DNA from: Takakia lepidozioides
Taxonomy: Eukaryota; Plantae; Bryophyta
NCBI GenBank assembly: GCA_030704615.1
Contig: CM060733.1
Location: 54,870,001 to 54,934,000 of the forward strand
DNA length: 64,000 nucleotides
Direction: 5' to 3'
The notes under the pieces were generated by a model. It was not told the origin of the DNA, did not search any database, and saw only the letters and a program-made list of their open reading frames with translations. This document shows, in pieces, positions 38,551 to 51,294 of the stretch (positions are counted from its first letter, which is position 1; the number at the start of each line of letters is the position of its first letter). Position numbers and translations under genes: made by a program.

Positions 38551-40264
38551 TGTCTCCCAGGGGAGGCTAGGGTTTACCAGATGGATATCTGTGCTTTGTG
38601 CACTGGGCCCAAGGAGACTGGCCTTGTCCAGCTGGCGGCCAAGAGAGAAAGAGAGCTCTGTTGTTTTTTTAACATGTGTGAAAGGAATCAGGTTCTATTC
38701 ATCATTTGCCATGCATTTCTTACTGCATTCTTTGGATGCCTGTAAGAAATGCTCATCCATTCTTGCAAACACATTTCTGCTTCGGATATGAAGCGCTTGA
38801 CAGATAATACCATTCTTCCCCAAGCATCCTGAATTATTTGCGCAATAACCCCATGGAAATTCATATTCATCTCTGTGATTCCAATATTTGGAGTTTCTGT
38901 AAGAGGCACCGCCTGGCTGGGGAACAAGCAAAGCTTGCTCTTGGATTCTGGCCATTTCTAGTCTGAAGACAAAGGCTTTCTGTGGTTGTTCAGGTTGTGG
39001 GTAACAATGCATTCTTCCATCCCTTCAACAAGAGAGGGGTGGTGTGTGTTTCAGTTGCTCTCACTGAGCAAGGGTAATGGGGAACGGAGGGAAATTTGGG
39101 GATGCCTGTGCAGACTTGATGTTAGTAAAATGAAAGAAACAATGATCCTAAGGAAATGCTTTGAAATTTCAAATTTGGAAGTACTTTCTTAAGATGAAAG
39201 CTGAGAAAAGCTGTGTGCTCTATCATATCACACTGGAGCTTCAAGTCTGTAGGACACACAGAACCCATCAAGGGATCCATGTTGCCATTGCAGTTGCATT
39301 TGCTTGAAGGCTCCCCCTCAAAAAGAGGGACAGCAAGCAAGCTTGTCTACTTACAAGGGGGCTCTTCAGCCTTTCACACACGGAGTCACAGTGTTGTTGC
39401 CATACACAGTACCAAGGAAATGTTTTGCTGAACAGTTCATCCACACATTATCAGCACACTCTGTCTACAAAGTTGAGGAGTACTGTGGATGAATGATGGA
39501 TGCGCTGTCGCAACATTCATCTACTTTGTCATAAAGTCCGCATTATCACCGAAATGTGGGCAGCTGCCATTATGACTGTCAGAGTAGAAAACTCCCTGCC
39601 ATGCAAAAGGATGGACGAATTATTCGGTAGATGATTAAACACTGCAGCTTGTTATGATGTGGGAATATTCATCCATCACCATGCATTAGTGTTTGTGGTA
39701 TCTTAACTCTTAACCTAGGGTTTTTTTTGTTTTTTTTTTCCCCCAAGAAGGTTTTTATTGCTTCAAGTATGGTTCGGTATTTTTACTTGATTAAGTCAAA
39801 ACAACACTATGTGGAGATGACCGGAAGCAGCCGGTCATAGACCGGGTAGGAAGACAGGGTTGGGTGGGTCCCACGTCTGCAAGGGTGAATGTTTGAATGC
39901 TCTACTATTTACCCCATTTCACTCGTCTGACGCAGGTGAATGTATTGCTGTCATGTACGTATGTATACCTCTGTTACATAACGGAGTGCTGTTAGCCTGT
40001 TACGGTTATGAGTTTTAGAAATTAGAATTATATCATTTTGATAATTATAATAAAATGGACCCTTAAGTTTTACCGGGAAATATAAATAAATAAATAAGGA
40101 ACGAAAATGTGGAGGACATGGATGATATCCGTCCTATTGGGTGGCCCCACTGGATGACATGATGACATGTAAGAGAGTAACAGACAGTTCACCAGAACAA
40201 AGAGAGAGAGAACCCACTCACAAGGTGTTTGCCATAGCCCTGTGGAATGAAAAAGAGAGAGAGA

Positions 40265-41170
40265 ATGTACTCATAAGACGTTGTTTGCCGTAGCCTTGTG
40301 GCCATTGACCCCGCGCCCAGTTTGAGCGGAAACCAAAGGGACAGAACCTGCCTCTGTCAGGGGCTGACGTTGGTAGTAAGACTTACCTTTATACATAGAA
40401 TTAATCCGGGTTTTCCAGATATCCTCTAGAAATCCCTTCACACAAGCATCAATCTGTTGTGTGTGATTTGCCCAATAACTAGGTCTCAAGAGGGCCTAGG
40501 CTTTAGGCTCAGCCTCGAGACTTTCAAAGTTGGTAAATAGAGGTACAGGCACAATTCCCTTGATAGATTTGAAGAGAGCCTCTCTTTGGTGAGAGAACCC
40601 CGGACAGGCCAGTCTACTCCATACCCTTCGGAGATTAAGCCGGAATGTACGACTTCCAGGGAACGAAGGAAGTCCTTTAATATTTGGTTCGTCGCCTATT
40701 CGTTTGCTAGCGCATAAACCAGGCAGGTGCTTTCTATACTTCCGTAAGTAACTTAGTGCAACATAGAAAATTTGATTTGTATCAGAAAATGAATATTGTC
40801 TTCAGATTGCCCACACAACGGGCAATTGCACTCTCCCTTTCCTCTCTGCTTCTGTTTGTTGTTCGAAGGTAGGCTTCATGCCCTGAGTTCAGTCGAGTGC
40901 GGGGAGTGGGTAGACCCTTGAGGTCATCCAAGATGTCCTCCCCAATGTCACTGACTGGAAACAAGTTCAGGGAAGTTTTCTGCCTAACTTCATTTTCATC
41001 AGACAATCTCATGGCAACATACATGGCTTTGGACACTACAGCCTCTAAGTCAGATTTATCTAGCAGGGTCAAGACTTGCGGTTCCAGGTCCAGGTCTTTT
41101 GAGAATCTCTTCTACTCTCTTCTGCCAGGACTTAGCCTGTTTGACGCCTCTCATTTTACAATAATAGGGT
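40265..41170 (-). mobile_element. LINE-like non-LTR retrotransposon 3' portion (decayed ORF2 C-terminus), ending at or interrupted by a MULE near 41170
   Basis: Extends the TSD-bounded copy at 4797-5092. The peptides HEAYLR...ESAIARCVGNL...PGLC..KRIGDE...DIWKTRINS resemble a post-RT/zinc-knuckle C-terminus. The 3' end abuts (TC)n. Confidence 0.55.
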
Positions 41171-43340
41171 CATGAATGCAAGCATGCGAGAAGGACGGTG
41201 GGCCCCTCGTCCGGACGAGGGGCGCCCCCCCACCCGCGCCCACCCGCCCGCCGCGGCTGCCCCTCCCGAGCTCCGTCCACCGGCCTGTCCGCTGCGGCCA
41301 GTGCGCTGGGGCTAGTCCGCTCCCTCTAGTCCACCTGTCCGCGTGTCCGCCCGCAAGATCTGGGCCGTCCACGACGAATCCCATCGCAACCCTCCAATTT
41401 AGGGCCTTATCTCTGCCGCCTGCCATCTGCCACCAGCTGTAAACGTGGGTCTTGTTTCTCCGTGCACGTTCTCCATCGTGTCATGCGGCGCTTTCGTTGC
41501 AGGTTCTTCTGGAGCATGTGTTCTGCACTGTACAGGGCATGGACGTAGGAGCGGAAGCCGACGGCATTCAGCAATTTGAGAGCCGGCTTATACGCCATCT
41601 TCGACAAAGTCTGCAAACACCGAAACCAGGACCTTTCAACAATAAGGACATCCATTGGAAGTGTGAAACGCAATATGGGTTTAGGGGGGTGCAAGTGCGT
41701 GTTAAAAATGCCTATATACCTTGGGATAGAGTTGCGGACTTCGTCCATGGAGAGGAGAGTGTGGAGGACTGCCCCACTCATATTGGGTACATGTGCACAC
41801 TAAAGTGGACGCCGGAGTGCGGAAAGCTCCCAGAGGGAACACCTTCTTGAGCAGTATCATGTGTGCACCATCCTCATTGTGGTTTAGGGATCTCACTGCA
41901 TTGTTATTGTGATTTGTATTTGTCTCCAACTGTGGCTTCCATAAGTCCATAGGTTGATATTTTGGCTTTTGAATTCCATTTGATAGGTATCAATGCTGCT
42001 ACGGACCCGACGATAAGCGCACGGTCAATACAACTGTCAAGGATCCAAAACAAAAGCGTGGAGGTCCGGATGTGGGTGCTGGCACTAAACACCCGCATAA
42101 AGGCCCAAGAAGGAAGAAGTCGAACTACGGAGAGTCGTACAAGCGCGGGTGCCTTTGTTGTTTCAAAGTGCAGCAATCTATCTTGCCCCGGACATTTGTG
42201 TCCTTACATACTACAACAACATGGAGCACATCGATGCCCTAGGGAAACCCTTTCATGGCAAGACCGCAGAGTTCAAGAACACACGGGCAGCCTACGCACC
42301 CCGCATTAGCCAGGAATTGAAAGCCTGGGTCGTTGAGTGTTTGTGCTGAGGCCTCACGGTCGCACAAATCATGATGGAACACAAGGAGCATGTCATGAAC
42401 AACACATGTTTGGGAGATGCATGGACACGTGATGATTTCCTCCTCGAGCAAGATGTCCGCAACCTGGCTGAGAAACGGGCGTGGCAGATGTTCAAAAAGC
42501 ATGCCAACGATGCCAACAGTGTCCGCATGACGTGGAAAGACCTGAACCCCGCATCAGTCTTCTTCTATCGAGAAGAAACATTGGCGCCAACCTTCAAGCA
42601 TTACGATGGAGATTTGACATTCACTATTGGTATTCAAATTGAGTGGCAGAAGCAGAGAATGCTTCAATTGGGACATGCGCGTATCGTTGCATGCGATGCA
42701 ACCTTCGGGACAAATCACCATAATCCCTCTTACCATTTCTGCAAATCAATTGTTCGTAGGATGTTGCACATTGGAACCAACTGACATAGTGACATAGTGC
42801 ATCTGAACAGTTCCCATTGTACACGTTGATGGTTTTCGACGAGTGGCTGAACGGTATACCAGTTGCGTACATCATATCCGCCAGGAATACGACAACAGAC
42901 CTGGTGCGGTGGATGACAGCCTTGCATGACCGACTCCACGCAGATATGCCGACCTGGCGACCCAATGTCTTCATTGTCGATGATGCGGACGCTGAAATCA
43001 ACGCTATAAGGTGAGTCTTTCATACCTCAACAGACACCCATTGTCGAAGTCCTCTGGCATGCAATTGTCGTCATAGTGTGCTTTGGCAGAGTCACGTGCG
43101 ACAGTTCCCTGAGAGACTCGCATGCGCGAGTCTGCTGGCAGACTGGACTCGGACCAAGTCGCGTGGGCAAGCCCGACTCGCCCGACCAAGTTGCTGGCAG
43201 ACTTGCCCGGCCGTGTCCGCTGGCAGACTCGCCAGGCCAAGTCCGCCAGAAGACTCGCAGGGGCGAGTCTGCTGGCACCCTTCATGGGTCTGCTGGCAGA
43301 CTTGGGAGAGGAAGTCGGCCTGCCAGACCCGTAGGCAGTG
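41171..43340 (+). mobile_element. MULE family A copy 2 with decayed DDE transposase, interrupted by the gypsy LTR
   Basis: AYIPWDRVADFVHGEE, CCYGPDDKR, FTIGIQIEWQKQRMLQLGH, VACDATFGTN (first D), FPLYTLMVFDEWLNGIPVAYII, PNVFIVDDADAEINAIR (second D). Introns present. Confidence 0.82.
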
Positions 43341-46170
43341 TGTCATGGTTTTAGTCATGGTTAACTAGAATTACCTACTTCTAGTTAACTAGGATTTTGT
43401 GTGTTGGGACTTCATTTGGTCTCACATGCCAAGTGAGGTGTTAAACCTCACTTGGGAAATGGGGATGGGTTTTCCCCTTGTGAGTTTTGAGGAGGGCTCA
43501 TCTTCTTGTAGTTGAGCCACCAGCCTCTCCCACCTCCATAGCTCTAGGTATTGAGAGGGAGTGTGGTGAGGGCTTTGTAGGGTGGATTCCTTTAGCAAAG
43601 ATGTGCCCTTGGCTTGATTTAGTTTATGTGATTGAGTGGATTCATGAGTGGAGTGTTTCCATTGTGTATTCACTTCCATTATCACTACAAGAATATCTCA
43701 TTATGCTTGTGAGTGCAGAGTGTAAGGGTTAGTTTAGCACTTGTGTGTTGGAGAGAGCTTGGTAAAGAGCTCTTGTGTTGCAAGGTGTTGCAGGTGTTGC
43801 AAAGGAAAATCCTTGTGGCGTGGAGAACATGGATGTTAGGGTTTGAGAAGCATTACTTTGCTCTATAGAGGTGGAGAGCTTGGAAAAGAGCTCTTGCATC
43901 ACAAGAGAAGCGTCTTTTGTGTGGAGAAGATAGACACTAGGGTTTCAAGAGCAAGCTTTAGTTGTTCATGGTGTGAAAGAGAAGCCAAAGAGCGGCACAT
44001 GTTTGGGTTGGAACAGAAGGAGTACAACAAGGGTAGCTTGAGGAGCATTGAGTAGCTCAAGAGAAGCTAAGAAGTGGTTGTTCTATCCATGGTGAAATGA
44101 AGCCAAGTGGGGTTTCATTTGGTTGACAAACAAGCAAGCGAAGGCGGCGCTAGAAGGGAGTGCTTTTGCTAGTTCTATGAGTTCTTGGATTGCTCTTGGT
44201 GAAGCAAGTGATTGACCAAGCAAGTGGCGCATGTGTGGAGCATGCTTTCCAAGTGTGGCTTCCAATTCAAGCTTGAGGAGAGCTAGAGTGTGAAGTGAGC
44301 AAGTTCATTCATTGTGTATGAGGTGGTGCATGTTGTGGAAGAAAAGCCAAGGAGCTACATGGGCTAGGGCTTGAAGACAACAAAAGCAACCACTTGGAGA
44401 GCATCAAGAAGCTCAAGATGACTCCAAAGAGAAGCATGTGGATGAGAATTCTATCCATGATGATGTGAAACCAAGCCTAGAGTATTGAAGAGCTTGGAGC
44501 ACATGTTGGAGATCATTGGAGGTGGTCTTCATGAAGAAATGAGATTGTGGCTCACGGCATGCATAGCAACTTCAACCATACATTAGCATGTGACAAGACA
44601 AGGAAGGGGAAGGTGAAGCTCATGTATTCATTCCCTTTTTGCTTAAGTTTTGTGGTGGATGGTTGATCAAGCAAGTGATGCTTATGTGGAGCATGCTCTT
44701 TAGGGCTTGTGACTTCAAGTTTAAGAAGATGAGCTCTTGAATAGAGGTGTGGATACACATTATGATGAATGAAGAGAACACCTAGGTCAAGAGGTGGAAG
44801 TGTGTGTGACTAGCCCATGCAAGGGAAAGCACATGGAAGATGGCATACAAAATTCAAATTCAAGCAAGGCTTGGCGCTTGTCATTGGGCACATTAGCTTG
44901 CTATGAGTTCCAAGGAGATCAAGAGGAACTTGTCAATTTGGGATGAATGCATTGCAAAGTAAGATAATGCAATCTTGCATGCATGTTAGGGGGGAAGATA
45001 CCATGAAGAAGGTGTTTCTTACTATACTCTACAGACCCTAGTTTCTATACTCTTCAAGAAACTGTGTATGGGCTCCCTCTGCCCATCATACACTTTTCTG
45101 AACAGAGTATGGAACCCCTCTGCCCAACATACACTTTTGTGAACAGAGTATGGCCCCCTCTGCCCAACATACGTTTTTGTGAACAGTGTTTGGGCTCCAT
45201 CTGCCCCACCATACACTTTTGTGAACATTGTATGGATACAAGTGGAGAGACTTTGCCTACCATACGTTTTCATTAAAAGTGTATGACATCTAGGGTGTAT
45301 CTGGAGGAGTATTGCCTTTGGAGGATCTTTGGGGGGTCCTTTGAGGAGCTTTTGAAAGACACTTGAAGAGCTCTTGAAGGGGGGTTTGGAGGATTGTTTG
45401 GAGGACTATTGGGGGTCCTTGAAGACCAATATTTGGCAAACATTTGGAGCTTTGGAGGGCTATTTGGAGGACTATTTTGGGGTCCTTGGAGGCTAATATT
45501 TGGCGAGCTTAAGGAGTCTTTGGCCACTTGTCTGAAGGACTTTTTGGGGACCTTGAGGGCCAAGATTTGGCAGGCTTTGGGGGCCTTAGTGAGATTGTTT
45601 GAGAGACATCTTGAGGGCTCTTAGAGAGTTATTTGAGAGACCCTGGAAGGTAGTTATGTCTGTTGGTCATGAGCAAGAGCGTTTAGAGATAGGGGGAGAC
45701 TAGTGGGATGAGAGCATTCTGGGATTAGGAATTGTTTTAGTCTCTCTTCCTCGTAGTCTTCCACCCTCTATGTAGGCCAAAACTTTTCCGTAGGTGGAGG
45801 CAAAAGTCAGTTCGGGTTTGGGCTGGGGTGTCCTTGCAGGAGTGACACTGTGGAGTGTTTTTTTGGGTGTGGGGGAGTTATTGTCTTGATTTTCTTGTGT
45901 TTGGATCCCCCCCACACCTGCATGCTTGACTGTGCGCCATGTCAGTTTTGTGTGGGCGCTTGTTTTCATAGGAGGTTGGTCCGGATTTATCACCGGCCAA
46001 TCCTAGAGCATGCTGTCGGTGGTGAGGCTGGGGTGATGACCAGTCAGACCATCATTGTTTCTCTTATGGTGAGGCTGGGTTGATGACCAGCAGATCATAT
46101 GAGTGCTTGCGGTGGATGCAGGTGCAGGTTTATGTTACAAACCTAGTAGTCTAAGCCATAAGCCGCAACA
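43341..46170 (+). mobile_element. Probable 5' LTR (approx 2.8 kb) of the Ty3/gypsy element; 3' LTR not in the window
   Basis: Abrupt compositional change at TGTCATGG (43341). Ends CCGCAACA (46170), an imperfect inverted terminus just upstream of gag. Boundaries are inferred without a second LTR. Confidence 0.55.
45060..45270. repeat. Approx 47-bp tandem repeat (4-5 copies) within the putative LTR
   Basis: Repeated CCCTCTGCCCAACATACACTTTTGTGAACAGAGTATGG. Confidence 0.8.
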
Positions 46171-46252
46171 GGTTCTCTACCCGATTACCTTGTGGAAAGG
46201 GGGATTAGAGACAGGTTTACAACAGGTGTGGTTGTGAGTTTCCATCACGGAG

Positions 46253-48924
46253 GTGCCACCAGTTGCTGAGGAGAGTGCCGGTACGAACACCAACGATACT
46301 AGTGGGTATACAAGACGAGGTGTGCGACCACCTTCACCTTCAGTGTCTTCTGAGGAAGGTTCAGACTCAGAGTTAGGAGGATTCTCGCCGAGGGTGCAAG
46401 CCATTTCCGTGCCATTGTTGTGGGATACGATGGAGGAAATGTATGGAGCTACCAAGGGGCCACGTCGGTACTCTGGAGCTGTGGGCACCATCGAGCTTGA
46501 TAATTTCATACAGGAGTTTGATAGTTGGTGTGATTTGCAGCAGATGCGCAATCCACAACTGTTTACGCCTTTTATGGCGTGGAAGGGGCTGTTTCAGCAC
46601 CTTGAGGGGCCGCCCATGGATGACTACCATGAGTTTAGGCGGGGACATGAGGTGGAGATTGAGGAATGGCGGGTGTATTGGTCACTTGACTATGTCTCCA
46701 TCACTAGAGGCACACGCGTAGTTGTGACACCGGCAGCTTCTGCAAGCAGCAGTGGGACGTCAAGTGGAACAGGAGCTGGGAAGTCCACCCAAGCTCCTGC
46801 TGCAGCACCAACACCCGTGCCTGCCTTTAACCCAGTTGTAGAGTTCTTCGAGGAGTTAAGGAGAAACTACCAGGGGATAAGGACGGAGAAATTGCGGAGT
46901 TTGCAAGAGTTCCAACGAAAGCTTGCCGAGAGTTTGAGGGAGGCTTACACTCGCATGAGGCGCTTGATAAACGTAACCCAAGGGGTTACAGAAACTCAAG
47001 CAGTCCAGTTCTGGTATGGGATCCTGGACAAGGAGCTGAGGAGAAGGGTGCGGGATGCAACTCTCCTACAAGTGGACCAACCCACCTTAGCAAATGTGTT
47101 TTTGCTGGCAGAGTGGATAGAGCTCAATATGGTGGAGGAGCGAGTGGTCATGGTGGGGTTTGGTTAGGAGACACAACAAAGTGGGGCTCCTAGCCAACAA
47201 CAACCACTACCCCAAAGTGCTCAAGGCAACAAGGGGGCTCAGGCAAAGCCCAGGGAAGGGCCGAGATGATCTCAATTGCAGAGGTCACTTCCTTCATTCT
47301 CAGGCCAACAACAGTCGGGTGTGACATGTTGGGATTGTGGAGGACCCCATGTTAAGAGAGATTGCCCAGAAAGAGGCAAAGGGCCGGCACAGGCACAGCC
47401 TACACAACTACAATGTGGGCATTGTGGCAAGTATGGGCATGAAGAGGCCCATTGTTATGACTTGCATCCTGAGCTACGGCCAGGCCAGTTCCAAGAGAAC
47501 AATGGTGGCCGAGGACAAGGCAATGTAGTCCAAAGAGGTAGAGGAGGCAGAGGTCGGGGTGGAGGACGTAACCAAAACCAAGGAGCACAGGGTCAGGGTC
47601 AAGGTCATGACCAAGGCATGTTGGATAGACTTGCCCATCTAGAGCAACGTCTTGCTACCATGGCCACTACTCATGTTGCGCCAGCTCCAAGGCTTGAGGT
47701 TCAAGCCCCACCTGCACAACCTCCTATGCCTAGGGAAGACCAGATTGGTATGGGCTTTATGTGTGGAGCCACACTTGCAGGACCATTGCATGTGGACTCT
47801 GCAGCTGCTGTCACTCGAGCAGCAACGCGTGCTCCTGAGCCAAGAGGAGCAGATGTGGATTTTGATCCACAAAGAGGGGAAGCAAGTTGGCAGACAAGGC
47901 TTCCACAGTCTTTCACATTGGCTGAGACAGTGCCAACTATGCCATCGATGGCACCAGCTCATCCAAGTGTGTCAGAGGTAGAGCCTGCAAGAGTGTCAAT
48001 GGGGATAGTTGGCATGGTTCGGGGGATATCAATGGATGATACTACAAAGCAAGGTGCAGCCAGTACATTGTTGGGGGCGGCTATGGCAATTTGCCAAGCT
48101 CCATTGTTTTCTGCCACGACAATTGCAATGCCGGGGATGCGGCCAGCTGCAGTGTTTAGACTGGCAGCTAGACTCTGTGAGCCTGGATTCAAGGGTGAAG
48201 ACAGCCACAGCTGCGCCAGGGCAAGCGGCAGCTGGAAGGTTGCAAGAGTTGCCAGCTAGACCAGCCATTGAGCGTAGTATGATGACTCCTGGGGTAGTCC
48301 TGGTGGACAATCAGGATGGTGTGTTTCAGTTGGGTGGCCCAGCCGGGAGGAGGTATAGGCCACTGCGGGTCTTGTTGGACTCGGGAGCACAGCCATTGAT
48401 GTTGGGGAGAGCAGCAATTGCAGGCTTGGGTCTTACAGAGGCGGATTTGGAGCCTTGCCCTTTCCAAATTCAAACATCTTTGGGCGGTTCAGAGAAGGCA
48501 CGAGGGATTACACACCATGAGCTCTTCATTCGATTGCAGCCAGATCATCCTACAGATGGCTCTGTCATGAGAGCTAAAGCCACTGTTACAGACGCGATGT
48601 CTTATGATGTACTTGTTGGTGGGGTTGTGTTATACCCGATGGGCTTTACTTTGGACTTTTGGGAGGAAACGGCATCCTACAGGCCGGAATGGCAGTCAGG
48701 GGATGGTTGGCGTACACTGCTCCCAGTGCGGTTTATTGGGAATGTAGCGGTGGATCATAGGAACATGATGCCCACATTGGCTGCATTCTCAGGGGTGGTG
48801 GCTTGGGGTGGTAAGCTCTTGGAGGGCAATAGCCATGCAGATGATAGGCCACCACCTGATGAGGACAAACAATTGGCATCAAGGCTGATTTGCTTCCTCA
48901 TGTGTCTGTTCATATTCCACTGTG
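46253..48924 (+). pseudogene. Ty3/gypsy gag and aspartic protease, decayed
   Basis: Gag-like RYSG...LDNFIQEF, ESLREAYTRMRRL. Two CCHC knuckles (CWDCGGPHVKRDC, CGHCGKYGHEEAHC). Protease RVLLDSGAQ (D at 48378) ...YDVLVGG. Confidence 0.88.
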
Positions 48925-49499
48925 CAATGACGCAATGGCGTGAGCGCGCGAGCGTACGCTCACGCCAGATGACGTGGCGTGAGCGTCATGTCAACATGCT
49001 GATGTGGCGGCAAATGATGATGTGGCACCGTCCGTCATCTGCCATGTCAGCATTAACATGCGCCGCCTATAACTGAGGATGGTCCTATGACCGTGGAATT
49101 AATGCAGGGAATCTTGCCTAAATAGAATCAAGACTACCATGAGGCCTACAATTGTAGCATCCAACATTGTGCAATTACAAATGCTTGTTTCACTTTTACA
49201 ATTACGAGGACGAGAAAATATCCTCACAAAGTGTGCGCCATAGAGGCTGCCACGGGAAGACCTTCCTCCCTCCTCAAATAACAATGAGAGTTAGGATTAT
49301 CTTCAAAAGATGATTGTAGTGCATAGCGACAGCAAGACATGTAGACTTCGAACGGTGCAATGACAATTGTGCTTTTAAAAGTTGTCACTCAGAGCTCACT
49401 CCGTATAGTTGGAGGCCATATCATTGCACCGCCGACGAATTGATGTGAATTACACATTTCAAATCATGGTCGTCCACATACCACATTGCATAGTTGATG

Positions 49500-50572
49500 C
49501 TACCCATGTGTTGTATCCCGCTGCAATAGAGTATCGACCTCGTTGAAACTCATAGTGGCCTGGTGAATGAAGTTGTCACGTTTGGGATCGCAAACCATCC
49601 TCTTCAAAAATATAAAATACAAATGTTTGCAGGGTATGAATTTACCTCTCTTGCCCAAACTGGTTGATAGCATATTCACAAAATCAGGACATGTGCAATT
49701 GGGGAAATTGGAAACCGTGATGTCGTAGGTCCTGTCATGAACAGCAGATGTGGAAGTGATGATTGTGAATACCCGACCATATCCTGGATCGGGTACTTCT
49801 GTGGTGCTTCCAACACGAGCTTGGAGCATTCTTGCGGACTCTACTTTGCCAAAGTGTTCAACGGTTGGAGGGAAACGCCGAACGAGCTTTCCATCTCGTT
49901 TGGTTGGCCACAAGTCAGGATTTGCCGGGGGACCCGGGAGGACGCAGAAGTAGTAGCACATGCATGGAGTTGGGGTTGTCTCGCAAGGGAAAAGCCTGCC
50001 TCCTCCAGCATTTCAATCTCCTGAAATCTGAGATGTGTTCCCACCTTCACGGGCCAAACGGTTGGAGGAGATGGCTTCATCACTACGGAAGGACACACAG
50101 TTCCATGCACACATCTGGCACAATCATCTGCGCAGAACCAGAACTTGTGGTTCTTGGCTTCTGGTTGACCGTATGGACGCATCAAACCCGTGAAAATCGG
50201 AGCAGGAGTTCGGGCACCACCTTTGGATATAGATGAAGTGCACTTCTCGAAATTAGTTGCCCTGATCGCTGTACATTTCACACGAGACCCTACACTTGTG
50301 CGTTCTATGTACCAAACGTGGTCGGGGCATGCGGACTCAAGCACATCAAGGGGGTTGTTTTTCTCCTGCACCATTTCAGTGGCACTGTTTGATGCTGGAG
50401 CTTGCCGTCGTGTTGGAGGTTCCTCCACAATGGAGGTTCCGGACATGGAGCTGTACGTTGATACCTTGCTATCGCAGACCTTCAGTGTAAATCGGTTTAC
50501 TGATGTCTCCAGATTACAATTGAAGAATGAGCAGAGAATATGGCGGAGGAAGCTCAGACGACGACTGTGCAT
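49500..50572 (-). pseudogene. SWIM zinc-finger protein of family B element (one frameshift near 49950)
   Basis: YDITVSNFPNCTCPDF-x-CKHLYFIF (CxC...CxH). An upstream Cys-rich part reads KCTA..EKC and FWFCADDCARC. Confidence 0.8.
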
Positions 50573-51294
50573 ATTCTGTTATTCCTTCCAGATATGCAGC
50601 CGTCCATTTTAATTACTTTTCTTGTGGGCCCAGTGGTCAGAGTATCCCTAGGAGCAATGTCGGAAGCTGTTAAACCGTTAATCAGAACCTCATCAATAAA
50701 CACAATAACAAGCCGACTTCCTGGAAGCATGCCACAGGATCTGAGGGTGGGATTGCAGATTAAGTAAATGTATCTTTATACTACTACCAATGATCATGCG
50801 GACCTAGAAAGTTCAAAATGTGAAACGAATGTGGGGTTGGCTAACAAGGATGACCGTGTATGATATCCCAAAATTTGTCATCAAACTCTCGTTCATTTAC
50901 ATATATTTGTCTAAGACTGTGCGCCAAGATTTCTGGGATTCACTGTTATTTTTAAATATTGAAACCGTTCTAATAAAGAACACGCCGTTTATTTTGGGTG
51001 ACACACGTCAGACATCGATAACTGAATACGAATAGATGTACACTAATTGCTGGCATGTGCACTAATAAGGGAATGACTATGTATAACGGTCACGCGAGAG
51101 GGAATCCGATGCTTCTAGAGACAAGCAACAACGCACGCAATCCCGCAAGAAATTGGGAGTCACTTCGTTTTTCTACTTTTCGCGCTTAGAGGGAGAGTGG
51201 TAGTCAAGCTGGAGAGGGTTCCTTCTACAATACGAAAGAGAAGAAAGTCTCTTTATTTTACTTCTCTTAGAGAGAGACGCAGAGCAAGAGAGCA

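Noticed and set aside
39485-39690. Possible miRNA hairpin
   Set aside because: Only short GATG/CATC complementarity; no convincing 21-nt duplex.
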